From positions 43,400,001-43,464,000 of the forward strand of contig OZ286466.1 in assembly GCA_965644265.1 (NCBI GenBank): a DNA stretch of 64,000 nucleotides. Direction: 5' to 3'. This DNA is from Glycera tridactyla. Taxonomy: Eukaryota. Of this stretch, positions 14,011 to 26,451 are shown one piece after another. The translations under genes were made by a program, and so were the position numbers. Under the pieces are notes generated by a model. It was not told the DNA's origin and did no database searches. It was given only the letters and a program-made list of their open reading frames with translations. How positions within the stretch are numbered: the first letter of the stretch is position 1; each line of letters begins with the position of its first letter.

Positions 14011-14857
14011 TTTTTGCACCTAATTGGCCCCATAAATTAAGGCAAAATGCTCGGAGAAATGGTTGAGAACTCTATCATTCTGGTGGATATTTGACCATGC
14101 TGTACAGAAGAGGGTCATCCAGAATGGTCTTGCATAAGAGGTGGTCTCTTCTTGCGGAATTCTTGTACTTGATAAATCAAAATCCATGGTGTAATATCTG
14201 GGAGAAATGCTGTGGATCGTAGTGAAGTAATGCCAAAATGGAAAGGGTTTAAATGATAAGAGGGGTTTGGAATATACCCCAACTGATGGGGACTGAATGA
14301 TAGTGAACTCTGCACTGGAACACTTAGTAGAGAACAAAAGATCAAGACAGGCCAGCCAGCAACACTTGCGCTCTGCAACGCTCCCATATTTCACCTCATT
14401 ATTAATTCAGCCACCGCTACTGCACCTAGCTGGCGTAGTCTGAGTGTCGGCAGCTGTGGTCCCTTTAAGAGCGAACCTCGATCAGCGCTCACTCTCACAC
14501 ACAGCGCATCACCACACTTTGCCTGAGGGCCAAGCGCTAAATCATATGTACGCTTATTTTACAACAGGAGCGGATTCACTAGTGGGAAAAATGCCTAGCT
14601 CCAGAGAAAACAGGCGGCGGCTATGTTTACAAAATTGGCAAAATAGATGCTACATTATCGGGAAACAAACACCAGTCCGTCACTTTAGCACTTCATGAGC
14701 TCACCAATTTCAATCTGCATGTGATCTCGACGATGTTAGGCAACGGGATCAACTTGGGAGGTGAAATCAGGAGCTACCAAGCCAGACACTTCACGGCATG
14801 ATTAGACCAAAGCAGACTTAGCCAAATCACAAGTGGCACCCTTGCATCCCCACATTT

Positions 14858-15040
14858 AAATTTCAACTAACTTTTGGAGATCTTCACTGGAATTTGGATG
14901 AGTGGCAACCTCTAATCCCAAAATTTCAATTTCCACTAGCTTTTGCAGACTTCACTGCAATTTGGATAAGTGGCAGCCCCACATATCAATTTCTACTTGA
15001 CTTTCGCAGATCTTTACTGGAATTTGGATTATTCATCCCA
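14858..15040. repeat. Three diverged ~60-66 bp tandem units
   Basis: Recurrent CTTT(T/C)G(C/G)AGA(T)CTT(C/T)ACTG(G/C)AATTTGGAT core three times. Confidence 0.7.
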
Positions 15041-15204
15041 ATTTTTCTGCTACTCTAATCTTCTGGCATTTTATGTGTGGCAATAAATGCAGTCAAGACT
15101 GTTCAAGTGACCACTTCTCTACAAAGGCCGCTGTCCTATAAAAGCCACCAAGATAGTACTGTGCACGGTAAACAACCTCTCTACGAAGACCACAGAGGAT
15201 TATA

Positions 15205-15312
15205 CAGTCAAACCTCTCTATAAAGACCACCTTCAGTCACATCAGAATACTACCACGGTCCCAGCTCAGGGTGGCCTTTATAGAAAAGTGGTCTTTAGAG
15301 GAGGTTTGACTG
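15205..15312. mobile_element. Tc1/mariner-type MITE (subfamily A, internally deleted), 108 bp
   Basis: TA|CAGTCAAACCTC ... GAGGTTTGACTG|TA, perfect 12-bp TIR. Confidence 0.9.
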
Positions 15313-15521
15313 TAAATACAGTTGGGTCCAGCTGGATGTTCTGTCCCTTGTGGGCATCATTTACACAAACCTTGAACACAAGATGATCTGGAACCTCAAA
15401 GGTCGTCAAGTGGAAGTAGCTCACAACTCAGACACACCTCTAACCATTCATATATTGAACAAAATAATGGCATACCTAACTGGTTGGAAGATGACGCTCA
15501 AGCCTAATAGCAATATCATTA

Positions 15522-15699
15522 CAGTGAAACCTGTCTTGGGAGACCCCTCTTTTGGGAGACCACCCTCTAATGGGAGACCGCTCTTCATCAGCTCTTCTCT
15601 ATTTGATACAGTCAAATATACCTCCAATGAGAGACCACCTGTCTTGAGAGACCACTTTTTGTTGGCGTTTGGGGCGGTCTCCCAAGACAGGTTTTACTG
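15522..15699. mobile_element. Tc1/mariner-type MITE (subfamily B), 178 bp
   Basis: TA|CAGTGAAACCTGTCTTGGGAGACC ... GGTCTCCCAAGACAGGTTTTACTG|TA, a 24-bp TIR with one mismatch. Confidence 0.92.
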
Positions 15700-16660
15700 T
15701 ACTTTGACCAAAGCGCAGAACTTGGAAGAAGGGAATGCATGAGGTTCAGAGAATACGCGACCAATGTATTCAACCATGAATTGTCAACTTCAAACCTGCT
15801 TCACAATTATGATTGCCCTACGCTTGCAGTACAGAAATCTCTTGGATATGCGCATTGACTTTTTCTCGAGTAATATCTACAATTAAAGGCAAGTTTTACT
15901 GTGCGTAAAAATATGTAAGGCGCGCGGAAAATGGCACTCTTGATAGACACCACAGAGTTAACATCATCATGTGTAATTATTCCATTTGAGTGGAGACAGT
16001 TATGCCTGTAATAAGGGTAAAAAGTGAGCAAATTGAAGGATATCACATGGGGATGGGAACAACAAACAAATGATGTCATTATGCCAAGCTATTAATAGTC
16101 TCCCCTTTTGATTGGGAAAAAGTGCCCCTAAACGATACTTCTCTCACCAATTAAGGTGCGATTTGGGCGGTTTGATTCATGAGAATGGAGAATCGCAGAC
16201 TCCGCTGGAATGTGGTCTTCCTGCAGAGAACATGCTGATGGCATTGCCTTCCAATCAGGCATGTGATTGGAATGACTCTTCAATTATAGTCCATTCAGAT
16301 ATAGTGAACCTCCCTCTCTGCCGGAATACAATGGAGGCAGGAGATTTCTTACAGAGAACGGAGTATTAGAGGCATGTATGAGTATGGCTGAGCAACTAAA
16401 CTACTATATAGGCACACACTCATGCAGAAAAAACTTCTCTAATAAGACTGCATAAGTATTTCTAACCATGAACCCTGGAGGTAGGATAGGCTAGTCCCAG
16501 ATGTTCCACTCTTCTACATAGACCACCTGTTCATATGACCGAGGGCTGTACAAGCACAATGTACATCACCTACAGCATCTTTACAACAATAACCTGAAAC
16601 CAAACAGCCAGCAATCAACCTCTGACAAGAAAGGAAAGAAATGAAAACAATTACACTTAC

Positions 16661-16699
16661 CTTTTCTTTATTATGTTTTTCACTTTCATTTATATCACC
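16661..16699 (-). CDS. Candidate 39-nt micro-exon (GDINESEKHNKEK), product unknown
   Basis: Acceptor tttctctcatgtttcag, donor AAG|gtaagt, length divisible by 3, open in phase 0. Confidence 0.35.
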
Positions 16700-17233
16700 C
16701 TGAAACATGAGAAAGAAAAAAAAAGATAATACACAAGTTTAATGAAGCTGGTGAACATAATCATGGGATGAGTCTCGTTTTTTCTTCCTCCATTTTTGCG
16801 GAAATTCACTCAAACTTCACAGAATAATGGCCACACTGGTCATAATGAAACATGCATGCAAGCAACAATGCCAGAAGCAGCGTAAGTGTTAAAACCGGGA
16901 ATTGACAAATTAGATGGCGCTCCACACGCTTTAATATTTACCCGTCTGACGGATAATGACGTGATGTGATCGACCAATGTAGCACAGCCCCGTGCACAAC
17001 AAAAAGGGAGAAAAATGTAATCTGATGTTTTCATTATCGACTTGTTAAACATTGATGAATATTTTGCCTGGGGTATTGCCGGTGTATGTATGATATCGAG
17101 GTCACACTACCATTTACACGCCACTGACTTTCATCAGTTCATGTAAGTAACAGTGCTCACAGATTCCCACAAGGAAATAAAGTTATGTGGAACCGAGAAG
17201 TGTAGAATTTTGATTTAAACTAACACATGATGC

Positions 17234-17383
17234 GAGCGAGAGAGCGGGAGAGAGGGGGAGGGGAGAGGGAGAGTGAGGGGGAGAGGAGGGGGAGAGAGGG
17301 GGGAGAGAGGGGAGAGGGAGGGAGGGAGGGAGGGAGGGAGGGAGGAGAGGGAGAGAGAGAGAGAGGAGGGAGAGAGGGAGAGA
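17234..17383 (+). repeat. GA-rich polypurine tract
   Basis: (GGGA)n/(GA)n on the + strand. Confidence 0.95.
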
Positions 17384-17907
17384 TTTTCGCACTGCCCCGT
17401 TTATTTGCACATACATGCAGAGCAATTAACACCAGCATTTGTGTAATGGAAACAGGAACCCAGTTAACAGGAAATGATGCAACAGGAAGTCACATGACAG
17501 GAAGTGATATCATGTCGTATTTGTTCACCACTTGGCTGCATTGGGCAAGGACAATAGCCAACTTTCAACTCCTCAGAAACATTACAAATCATGTGTGTGA
17601 TGAATAGAAATCTCAGTCACATCTTCTCTTGCCATTACATACGCCCATCCCCTGTTTGGACAAAAGTATCTTCTCAAAATACTACAATGAAACTGTGAAC
17701 ATTGAACAAATGGAAAACCATACAGCTAAATTCATTTCAGGTACCAGCTGAAGGGCAGTCCCAAGGGAAGTGTAATTCCATACTTTATGCAGGCCTATTG
17801 TTGTAAAAAAACAACTGGAAACTATGTCCAGACTGTACACCACTTCTGTCTTCTATAATGTACAAGAATAACTCCAGAAACAAGCACTAGTGGGTGAGAG
17901 GATAAAA

Positions 17908-17920
17908 TGCCCTCTGGTGG
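17908..17920 (-). promoter_or_regulatory. CTCF-like motif
   Basis: Reverse complement reads CCACCAGAGGGCA. Confidence 0.3.
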
Positions 17921-18129
17921 TTTAGTGCTGAAGGCCACCCGCCATTTTAGTCACCAGGAATTGAGTTCTAAACTTTTGAGCAACAATACTCATTACAGAG
18001 GGACACAGGTGAGCAAGTGGAATGGAAATGTTGGTCGAATAACAATGGTGTTGGTGGGGGTGTTGATTCTGAAGCATGCCACACAGCTGCAAGGAAAACA
18101 GCGCCAGCATTGGTTGTACATGGTTCATA

Positions 18130-18599
18130 CAAGGTTCTTACGAAAAAAATCCAGAGTTTTTCCAGAACATTTCCAGTACAGCATGAAGAATTTCCAGAAC
18201 ACGCACTACCAATAAATTCATGGTTTTCGAAGTGAATGCCTCATAATTAATGGTGATTTTACATGTGCAGCATCAGCGACTGGAGGTAGTATGTCTGAAC
18301 CACTGAGTTCTAACATTCTCCATTATGATGGTGATCACGATTTTTTCATGTGCACATCTTGGTGGTCATTCTGAGATCTATCAGAACCATTGATGTCTAC
18401 AGTGTGCACTGTCAATCAGCAAAAATGAGTGAAATTATTAGGTTTTTGCTGATCTCCAGAACATAGGTATGAGTTCCAGAGTGCAAATCTCAAAATTCCA
18501 GTATTTTTCCAGAACAATAAAGTGAAAAACATGTTTTCCAGAACATTTCCAGTATAGGTAATGATTTCCAGAACATTTCCAGAGTCTGTGCGAACCCTG
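18130..18599. mobile_element. Degenerate hAT-like MITE
   Basis: Right end GTCTGTGCGAACCCTG (rc CAGGGTTCGCAC), eroded left end CAAGGTTCTTACG, subterminal TTTCCAGAACATTTCCAG repeats at both ends; no TSD recovered. Confidence 0.5.
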
Positions 18600-21263
18600 T
18601 TGTAACATACACAATGTTATTGCAACAATAAACGGAGCCACTAAATCTGCTGTGGATACAAATACTTGCACAAACACCAATACAAACACTCCCACAGTAT
18701 CACGCTCCAACAATAGCAAGGAGATATTTTCCTATCCACCGCAATAGCCTCACAAAAGGTGAGCGGCCATATTGTTGTACTGATAATTCTGATACATACA
18801 TCATCCACTGTCAAATCAAAACCCAAACTCAAGGTCATCAGGCAATTGGTTGGTTGGTTGGGTGGCTGTCCAATGTCCTGTGTGCACCATCTGAGCTATA
18901 CTGAGACCCCCATGCCAAAGGCATGGGTAGGATCATTAAAGACTCCTCACAGGTCCCTAACAAAGGTGAGAATTCATGAAATTCACAGATACTCAAGGTC
19001 ATCCGCCACTGCTGCTCCCAATGGCTCCTTCAAGTTTGTAAATTGTTACAATATGAAATAGCACTCACTAGTATCTCTCATAGAAATGAAAGTGATGAAA
19101 AGTTAGAAATGCCAAGTGTGAAGTAATCTCCACTAGTCAGAAAACATAGCTCACTTCATGTCTGGAACTTCAGCAACTAGATCAAGTTTGCTGTGGTGAA
19201 ATTAGTAAAGTCGAGGTAATCTATGGTTACCTGTTTGAAGAGATTTGTTCATATCACGCAGAAATTTGCAGCCAATAAGTCCATGTGCACAACTAAATCC
19301 ATGTGCACAACAGCTTATTTGCGCATATACCTTGATTGGTTTCAAGTTGTTCAACTTATCCAGTGAACCTTGTAAAAGTTATAAAGTGATCAAGTTTCAG
19401 AGAAATCAGGAGAATGTTGTTCTGTACTGTATGTTTTGAACCGTTATCAATAAAAATGATCTTATTCATCATAGGATTGTCAACCACCTACATCAACCCC
19501 CCCCCCCCCCTCCCCTCAACTGAATTAACTATACTCAATCCATGGTTGCAACTAGTATTTAACAGTAGTGAACAATCATCCCCACGACAACACCATGTGA
19601 AACGATTGGTGAAATGATTCAGCTTTTCCTTGAAGTAATGTTTTCTCGGGAAATATTTTGCTTTCCCTCACAGACTCATGTTTTCTCTCGTTGCGATCAT
19701 CACCTTCTCGTTTCTCCTGTCGCTTCGCGCTTCGCTCATTATGACACGATCTCATATTGCTACACTTGTCACTTCCCACGTCTGGCATTAGCCAATTAGA
19801 TGTTGGCGTATGGTATTCTGAGTAGAAGCAACGTAAGGTGACCTGTCAAGTCTTCATTGCCGCGGGACCAAATTAGCTTTATTTGCTGAGCACTCAGGGT
19901 TTATACTGTCATTGTCATGTGGCGAATAATGCCCGTCGAATGTCATCGAATGTCATCGACACTCAATTAATGAAGCGCTAAACGTGACGGGCCGAGATTG
20001 TTATTACATTCCTCTCATTAATTTGACAAGTGATGAGAATTATAAAACAAAAGCAGGCACCCAGCATAACCCACGCCTGGATACCCATAGAGATATGATT
20101 CTCGCGAAGAAACACAGGCGGATTTGTCATGACCTGTCACGACACTCAACTGCCACAAAATTATCCAGAAAATAGCCTCACCTAGTTCCAAAACCCGTTG
20201 AGTTGAACTATTCAGCAAGACTCCAAAAGTTACCAGATTTATTGAAATTTTGAAATCAGGAAATCACCAGAAACAAGACTTGTACATTATCAAGAACGAC
20301 ATCAATCCATGACAAGAAATCAGATGATTCTTGAGAATGTGATTTTTACATTCCAAAGGTGTATTCAATGGTATACCCAAAGTGAGATCATAATGTAGGG
20401 GCACAGAAAATGCTAATTCCTGTGAGAGATGTTAATAGCTCCTGTTCTAGCTCTAGTTCTAAGTGGAGACATTGGTACTTCCCATGTTCAACTCGGAACT
20501 CAGGCTAGTGAGCAGGTAACAGCTCATGAAGAGGCACCAGCTCAAAAGGCAACATGAAGAAAGTAGAGCCTACAGGGACCTCCACGGGTTCATCGAGTTC
20601 AAAGGTTCAAACCTAACACCCTAGCATCACGAATATCTAAGGAATAAATCACTGGATGGACCCCCCCCCCCCCCCCCCCCCCCAGTCTCATCCCTTAGGG
20701 ATGTGACCAGCAGGTACTTGCAATCTGGTGTAGGGTACTCGACATGGTATATGTTAACCCATGTGTTGGGGGCTCCTTGAAGGTCACAGTGCTCTGTCAA
20801 GGACACTTGGCATGGACAAGCCCCACTTGAGGAGGAGTCCAGTGGTTCACTTCACCACAACTCACAAGCCATACTTCATCCCTCGTATAGAACAGTGAGT
20901 ATACAAAACCGGTGAAACGTCCTTGAGTGTTTGGCAATGCATTTGCCACCAGTACTTGTCCCACACCTAGAATAGGGGGTTAATGGGTTGGTCACTCGTA
21001 CTGAGTTGCCAATACCCTACAGAGCTACAGGTCAATAGGATTCAGGGTAGTCCACTATGCAGAGCCGCCAATGAAGTGTTCAAGAGGGGTGCCTGAGTGT
21101 GACCAGACCTGGCAGGAGGGTATACACTCCTATCCTCCAGTACCCCCCTCATCTCCTTCAACCTTGTTGGCCACCTACAGTGGACCACAACTGATACATA
21201 ACCTGATTCTCAAGTCAGCTACCTAGCCATGATGATGACAATCAAGGTAACAGAATGGCAATA

Positions 21264-21395
21264 TAGTGAAACCTGTGACAAGAGACCCCCCTATAAATGC
21301 CACAAGAGTGGTCTCTCAATACCGGTGGTCTCTCGTCTGAGGTATATTTGACTATGTCAAATACAAAAGCTGACATAAAAACTGGTCTCCCGTCC
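21264..21395. mobile_element. Partial Tc1/mariner-type MITE (subfamily B)
   Basis: TA|TAGTGAAACCTGTGACAAGAGACCCCC end and GAGGTATATTTGA motif; other end missing. Confidence 0.7.
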
Positions 21396-21702
21396 CTTGG
21401 AAAACTCTGTAAGTCTGGTACAGTAAAGACTTATCATGTACTCTGGGAGCAGATACCTGTACATCAAGAATTTATAAATTATGGGCCGACTAACCCTTTT
21501 GATTAACAAGTAGGGGACCAGCTTCAAATTTTAGGTGACAAATGTGAAGAAAATAGTAGTAGAATACTCAGAAATGGGGGGGGGGGGGGGGGGAGAGGGA
21601 CTTTGGGGTTACAAGTTCATTGTGACTAAGTGACTGTTATGCCTGATGCAGTAAGCAGTCACTGGGAGGTAGATTGTCTAATGCAGGTGTATTGGTACTC
21701 AC

Positions 21703-21840
21703 AGTCGAGGCACAGTCCCTTCTAATCATTGGGTAATACCCATAATGGTTTAAATGGTGTGTGAATGATTGGGTTGGCCTGTTGGGAGGGCCTAATTCAT
21801 AACCTGGCACCTGCATCACATGAATGAATGGGGGATATTC
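21703..21840 (-). CDS. Candidate 138-nt exon (EYPPFIHVMQVPGYELGPPNRPTQSFTHHLNHYGYYPMIRRDCAST), product unknown
   Basis: Acceptor tacctttcagccag, donor ACT|gtgagt, open in phase 0-0; lies inside ORF 21637..21867. Confidence 0.3.
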
Positions 21841-21905
21841 CTGGCTGAAAGGTAACAATTCCTTCAATTGATGGGAGGATTCAGAGTCATGTGCTGACTT
21901 TCACA

Positions 21906-22070
21906 NNNNNNNNNNNNNNNNNNNNNNNNNNNNNNNNNNNNNNNNNNNNNNNNNNNNNNNNNNNNNNNNNNNNNNNNNNNNNNNNNNNNNNNNNNNNNNN
22001 NNNNNNNNNNNNNNNNNNNNNNNNNNNNNNNNNNNNNNNNNNNNNNNNNNNNNNNNNNNNNNNNNNNNNN
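21906..22070. other. Assembly gap (165 N)
   Basis: N run. Confidence 1.
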
Positions 22071-22895
22071 AAATGACAATTGACAGGAGGCGCGGGTTAT
22101 ATGCTAACCCACAGTGATGGATGAGAGGAACAGTATGCTCCCTGATATTAGCAACACATACTTGTAAATGAATGCTCCCTCCCCATGATGAATCGCCAGG
22201 GACAACCGCAGCGGGATTCATGAGGTCACATGTGGCCTCCGGGTGTTTGATAACTACATGCTTCCACAATACTCCTCCTCTATTTTGATCTTTTCTCTAC
22301 TTTGTATCCCATCAAGAATGTAGATGAGATGATAACTCAGCGAGTTCCGGATACAAGGATCGGGATTGTCCATCTCCATTCCAAAATTTACCTTGATAAT
22401 ATGCCTACTGAGAGAACAGATTTTTCATGTGTTTGATAAGAAAATCCATATGCCTTCGATGTGTCATGACCAAACCTCAGGTATCCCAAAAAGAGAAAGC
22501 TTGTGGATTGCAGTATGCTCACTAAACAAAAACCTTGATGTGATCTGCAGGGAACATCTGGCCATGAGAAATTGCCTCTAAATTCTTGAGTTTATTGATC
22601 CCCATAACCTACTTTAAACATGCCAATCCGACATAAAAATGACACATGTGTGGTAGAGGTGGGTTGAACTGTGACTCACTCCTTAAGGGCAAAATCACAC
22701 CTCGCAAAAAAAATTGCCTGCGGGTGAACAGACTGTGATCTAGTGTGACAGGATGGTGGGGAATTAGCTATTTATCAGGTGAGGGGCTTTGTTCCCGATA
22801 ACACCTACACAACAATCCTGCCTGCCTGCCTGCCTGCCAGATAGTCTATGTGTTGTGATTCATAGTAAAAATGGAAATTCATGAAGTCCACTTAC

Positions 22896-22931
22896 CGTAT
22901 AACCTCGTCCAGAACTGGAGTGAGGGGTTGT
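22896..22931 (-). CDS. Candidate 36-nt micro-exon (TTPHSSSGRGYT if phase 0), product unknown
   Basis: Acceptor atttgtgtgttttcag, donor ACG|gtaagt; all three frames are open, so the phase is inferred from neighbours. Confidence 0.35.
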
Positions 22932-23168
22932 CTGAAAACACACAAATCAAATCGAAAATGTCAAAGTTGCCCGATTATTATGATCTAGAACCGACATACT
23001 GGCATAGAATGTCACTTTCTGTCATGAGAAAAACATAACATTAGCCCCTGGAAAACATAAGAATGCCATGAATGATGTAAATAAAGTGAAATCAAATCAA
23101 GAATCAGCAATCTTTTTGAAATTCAGATGTATTATCTGCATTTGAAACTCGAGATTAGGCCTCAAATA

Positions 23169-23344
23169 CAGTGAAACCTGCTCGAGAGTAAACCTGCGCT
23201 AGGCAAAATCCTGTCTTAAGCACATACCCCACAAACGGCCCGGTTGTTTTTTCTCACTATAATTGTCCTGCGCTAAGCAAAATCCTGTCTTAAGTGAAAG
23301 AAAAATTTGGTCCCGTGACTTTTCACTAAAGACAGGTTTCACTT
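23169..23344. mobile_element. Tc1/mariner-type MITE (subfamily C), 176 bp
   Basis: TA|CAGTGAAACCTG ... CAGGTTTCACTT|TA (terminal G>T); homologous to 6620-6796 in reverse. Confidence 0.88.
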
Positions 23345-24199
23345 TATGTGGCCAGATACATCTGGCAGGCATCGAGAGTCGAGACTATAACACTAACACA
23401 GAGATTTACTAGTCGAATCAGGACTCAAGCAAACACAATAGCAGCTAACAAGGGCAGAGAGAAATCTGTGGGCGTCACTCACTCTCGTTAACGTCGCTTA
23501 CAACGTCAGTTAAGACGTGTTAGCACCTCATTCTCAATCTTCTTTTCCACCTAATTCTCCCCCATTTCATATCATTTCCACAACAGCTATGTACTTCCAC
23601 ACCATCTGCACTTCCACACCACTAACTTCTTGGTTCATTCGTTTGATATCGCCTCACAATGCGCTCATTAATGATTTGTTTGATGTCCCATTTAGCTTGG
23701 AGGCTGTCACGCGGAATGGATTATGACAGACCGCATATGGGCGGTCCTGCGGCACTCAATAACTGCCAAATCTATGTGGAGCTCAACACAATATCATAAA
23801 TTGGTCCAAATCACCGGAATCGTCTCTTGATCTATGGAAACCACACAGTGCTTCATTTGCAGGTTATTTAAGCAAACACCTGTATGACAGCCTGCAGTAG
23901 GTAAGTAGAATGATGAAATTACCATTAAATCTGTCATGAAAACAATGACACAAATGGATTGAATCCAATTCATATCATCCGGATAACCCCCTCAGGTCAT
24001 CTGATTTCAAGTATTTCAAGTTCGAGATTTGAAATTTCCTATCTGATTTCAGATGATCTTTGATGTGTGCAAATTTCTTGGTAAAGAAGATTCAGAGTTG
24101 CATTTTGAGAATATTTATTTTCCACATTTTTTTCCAGAAAAATATTTCGCAAAATGGCACATTTATTACACAGCGTCTCTTGAAATTATTTGAACTCGA

Positions 24200-24600
24200 G
24201 GCAGTCTTCGTGTCTACAATGAGGACCATAGATGCAGAGTCCTTCGCGCCACGAAGATTGAAGAGGAAGGATGGCCGCCGCCTTGCGTCATCAATATTCC
24301 ATACATATAAGGGACACGATACTCCGATCAATCGTTGCCATTTGCTGGCCACCTCGTCCACTTCCACTTCCAGCACCGCGCCGCTGCTCCGAATGTCGTG
24401 CTGTGATCGGCATCGCTTGAGAATTCTCGCCACACCCGTTCATAACATTAGGCGCACTCATTGCGTTTACACGGCATGCACACCGGAAGTTGAAAATCAA
24501 TTGGTCGGAAGGAAGGCGAGCGTCGTAATGGCATCGTGTTTTGATCAATAGGCTGGCACCCCAGCAGCCATGTTTGGCTATTGTTGCCTTCGGCAACTCA
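24200..24600. promoter_or_regulatory. CpG-rich promoter-like patch with ETS motifs
   Basis: CpG enrichment; CCGGAAGT at 24483-24490; tandem ACTTCC at ~24360-24371; minus-strand AAATGGCAAC start-like context at ~24345. Confidence 0.35.
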
Positions 24601-26295
24601 GTAACCTCATCTGCATCACAACCGGTCTCGTTGTCATGCCAACCGCATCAACCAATGGCTGCTTGACAAAGCAGGTCAAAGCAAGGATCATGACCTATTG
24701 ACCTTGGGGTGTCACAAGTTGTGCTTGATCATCAGATATGATGATTGCATTTGATCCGTTGCCATGGTGATGTACGAACACAACATACTGGGAAACCGAA
24801 TTCTATCACCATCTATTATGGGGGTTACTAGGTTGACAGGTGCCCCCATATCTGCTGGGAGACATTCACAACAACATTCTATATGTAGGATCTTACAAAG
24901 TGCCCTGTTACTAAGGTTCCGATGACAAAGTCAGACAAAATAATACCAGATTCGTATATATAAGCGCCCCTTTCCTCACATGGGTTCATTTCCCATCTAT
25001 TGACATTCAAGGGCACAGAAATATGTAGCCTCCCAAGAAATGATCTAATGAAACATGTATCCGAGAAAAACTGAAATGGCAAAGCACAGTCACCAGATAT
25101 CACGAAGTACTTACTCCAGGGAAAGCCACTGAAAAGCGGCGACTCAACCAACGAATCACATCACTCAAGGGAATATTGACACCAGTGAATCCCCAGGAGG
25201 ATGGGAATGAAAAGTTAAAACCAGTGACGAGAGATCACCCTTTATATCAACAAAATGTGGTCCCGATAGTCCCTCATTGGAGGTATATTTGACAATAATA
25301 TGCAGAAAAGCTGCCCTGACAATGTGGATTCCCTTTGAAGATGGTCTCCTATCATGAGGTGGATTCATCACATCTTCTGGAACTAGCTCAAATGAAATAT
25401 GAACGCTCACACCAGGAGTGGAATGCTCATACCAGAGTGGTTGCAACACAAGCAAATGGTATGTCATGGGTATGTTTATAAGAAAAGTGCAGTAGTTCTC
25501 CCACTCCCAGCTGTACACACAAGCACCAGCTGCAAACACACTTCCTGACATTTATGCCTCGTTTAATTTGTCAAACAGGGTCACAGGTTGCCATGAACGC
25601 AAGTGACTTTCTAATGAGGAAGAGAACTCGGTTGTCAAATGAAGCTGGTGGAGAGGGGATCCATGGTGTAACAAGCCCCCTTCACATCTTTCTCACATGG
25701 AAAATTAATCATAATAGTATTTGGTAAGATGGTTTAGGCTAAGGCCTACACACCAGTTTCTGTGTCAGTCACAGAGAGGGTGACATTCCCAATGCTTGTC
25801 CAGACGAGACATACATGTTTGCACCATATGAAGTATTCTTATATCCACATAATATGGTTGGAATTTCCCCAAATATGATAGTTGTGATGGAAACTGTCTG
25901 CCATGTGTATCTGAAAATGTGTTTTTAGTCATTTAGTGCTAACTAGAGAGCAGGTAAACATCACAGGGACAAAAATAGGAAGGGCTGGATGACTCTGGAA
26001 CCGCTTCAGGCCTCTTAGCTGCCCTTAGGCACCAACATCTGTTCTCCACCAGAGTGAGGTCAGAAGGGCATGTGGCTAGGTCACATGACCTGTCATGTGA
26101 TCAACCACTAACATGGCCGACAGCAGTATGCCTGGCTGATTCATGAGGAGACAGCTTGCCAGCAATCTATTCACAGCCAGGCTGAGTATATCTATACATA
26201 ACAACTTGTGTGACAACACCATTCACAATAGAGGATTTAAATCTCTTGGGTAGTCCTATAAGTTGTCGTAAAGATGAGAAAACCGGTTTACTCAC

Positions 26296-26451
26296 CTCGA
26301 TGAGACGATCATGTGCTGTATGATTTCGTTCAACTGGCGTCAACAAGGAGGGACCGTTCAGTTGTGGAATGGCCAAATTTTCAGGTGGCTTATTTTCCAA
26401 ACCTTCTTTTACTCTATCCGGCATAGGAATAGGAACACCGGGTGGATGAAT
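26296..26451 (-). CDS. Candidate 156-nt coding exon (IHPPGVPIPMPDRVKEGLENKPPENLAIPQLNGPSLLTPVERNHTAHDRLIE), product not recognised
   Basis: Acceptor atttttctgtttccag, donor GAG|gtgagt, 52 codons open in phase 0-0, protein-like composition. Confidence 0.55.
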
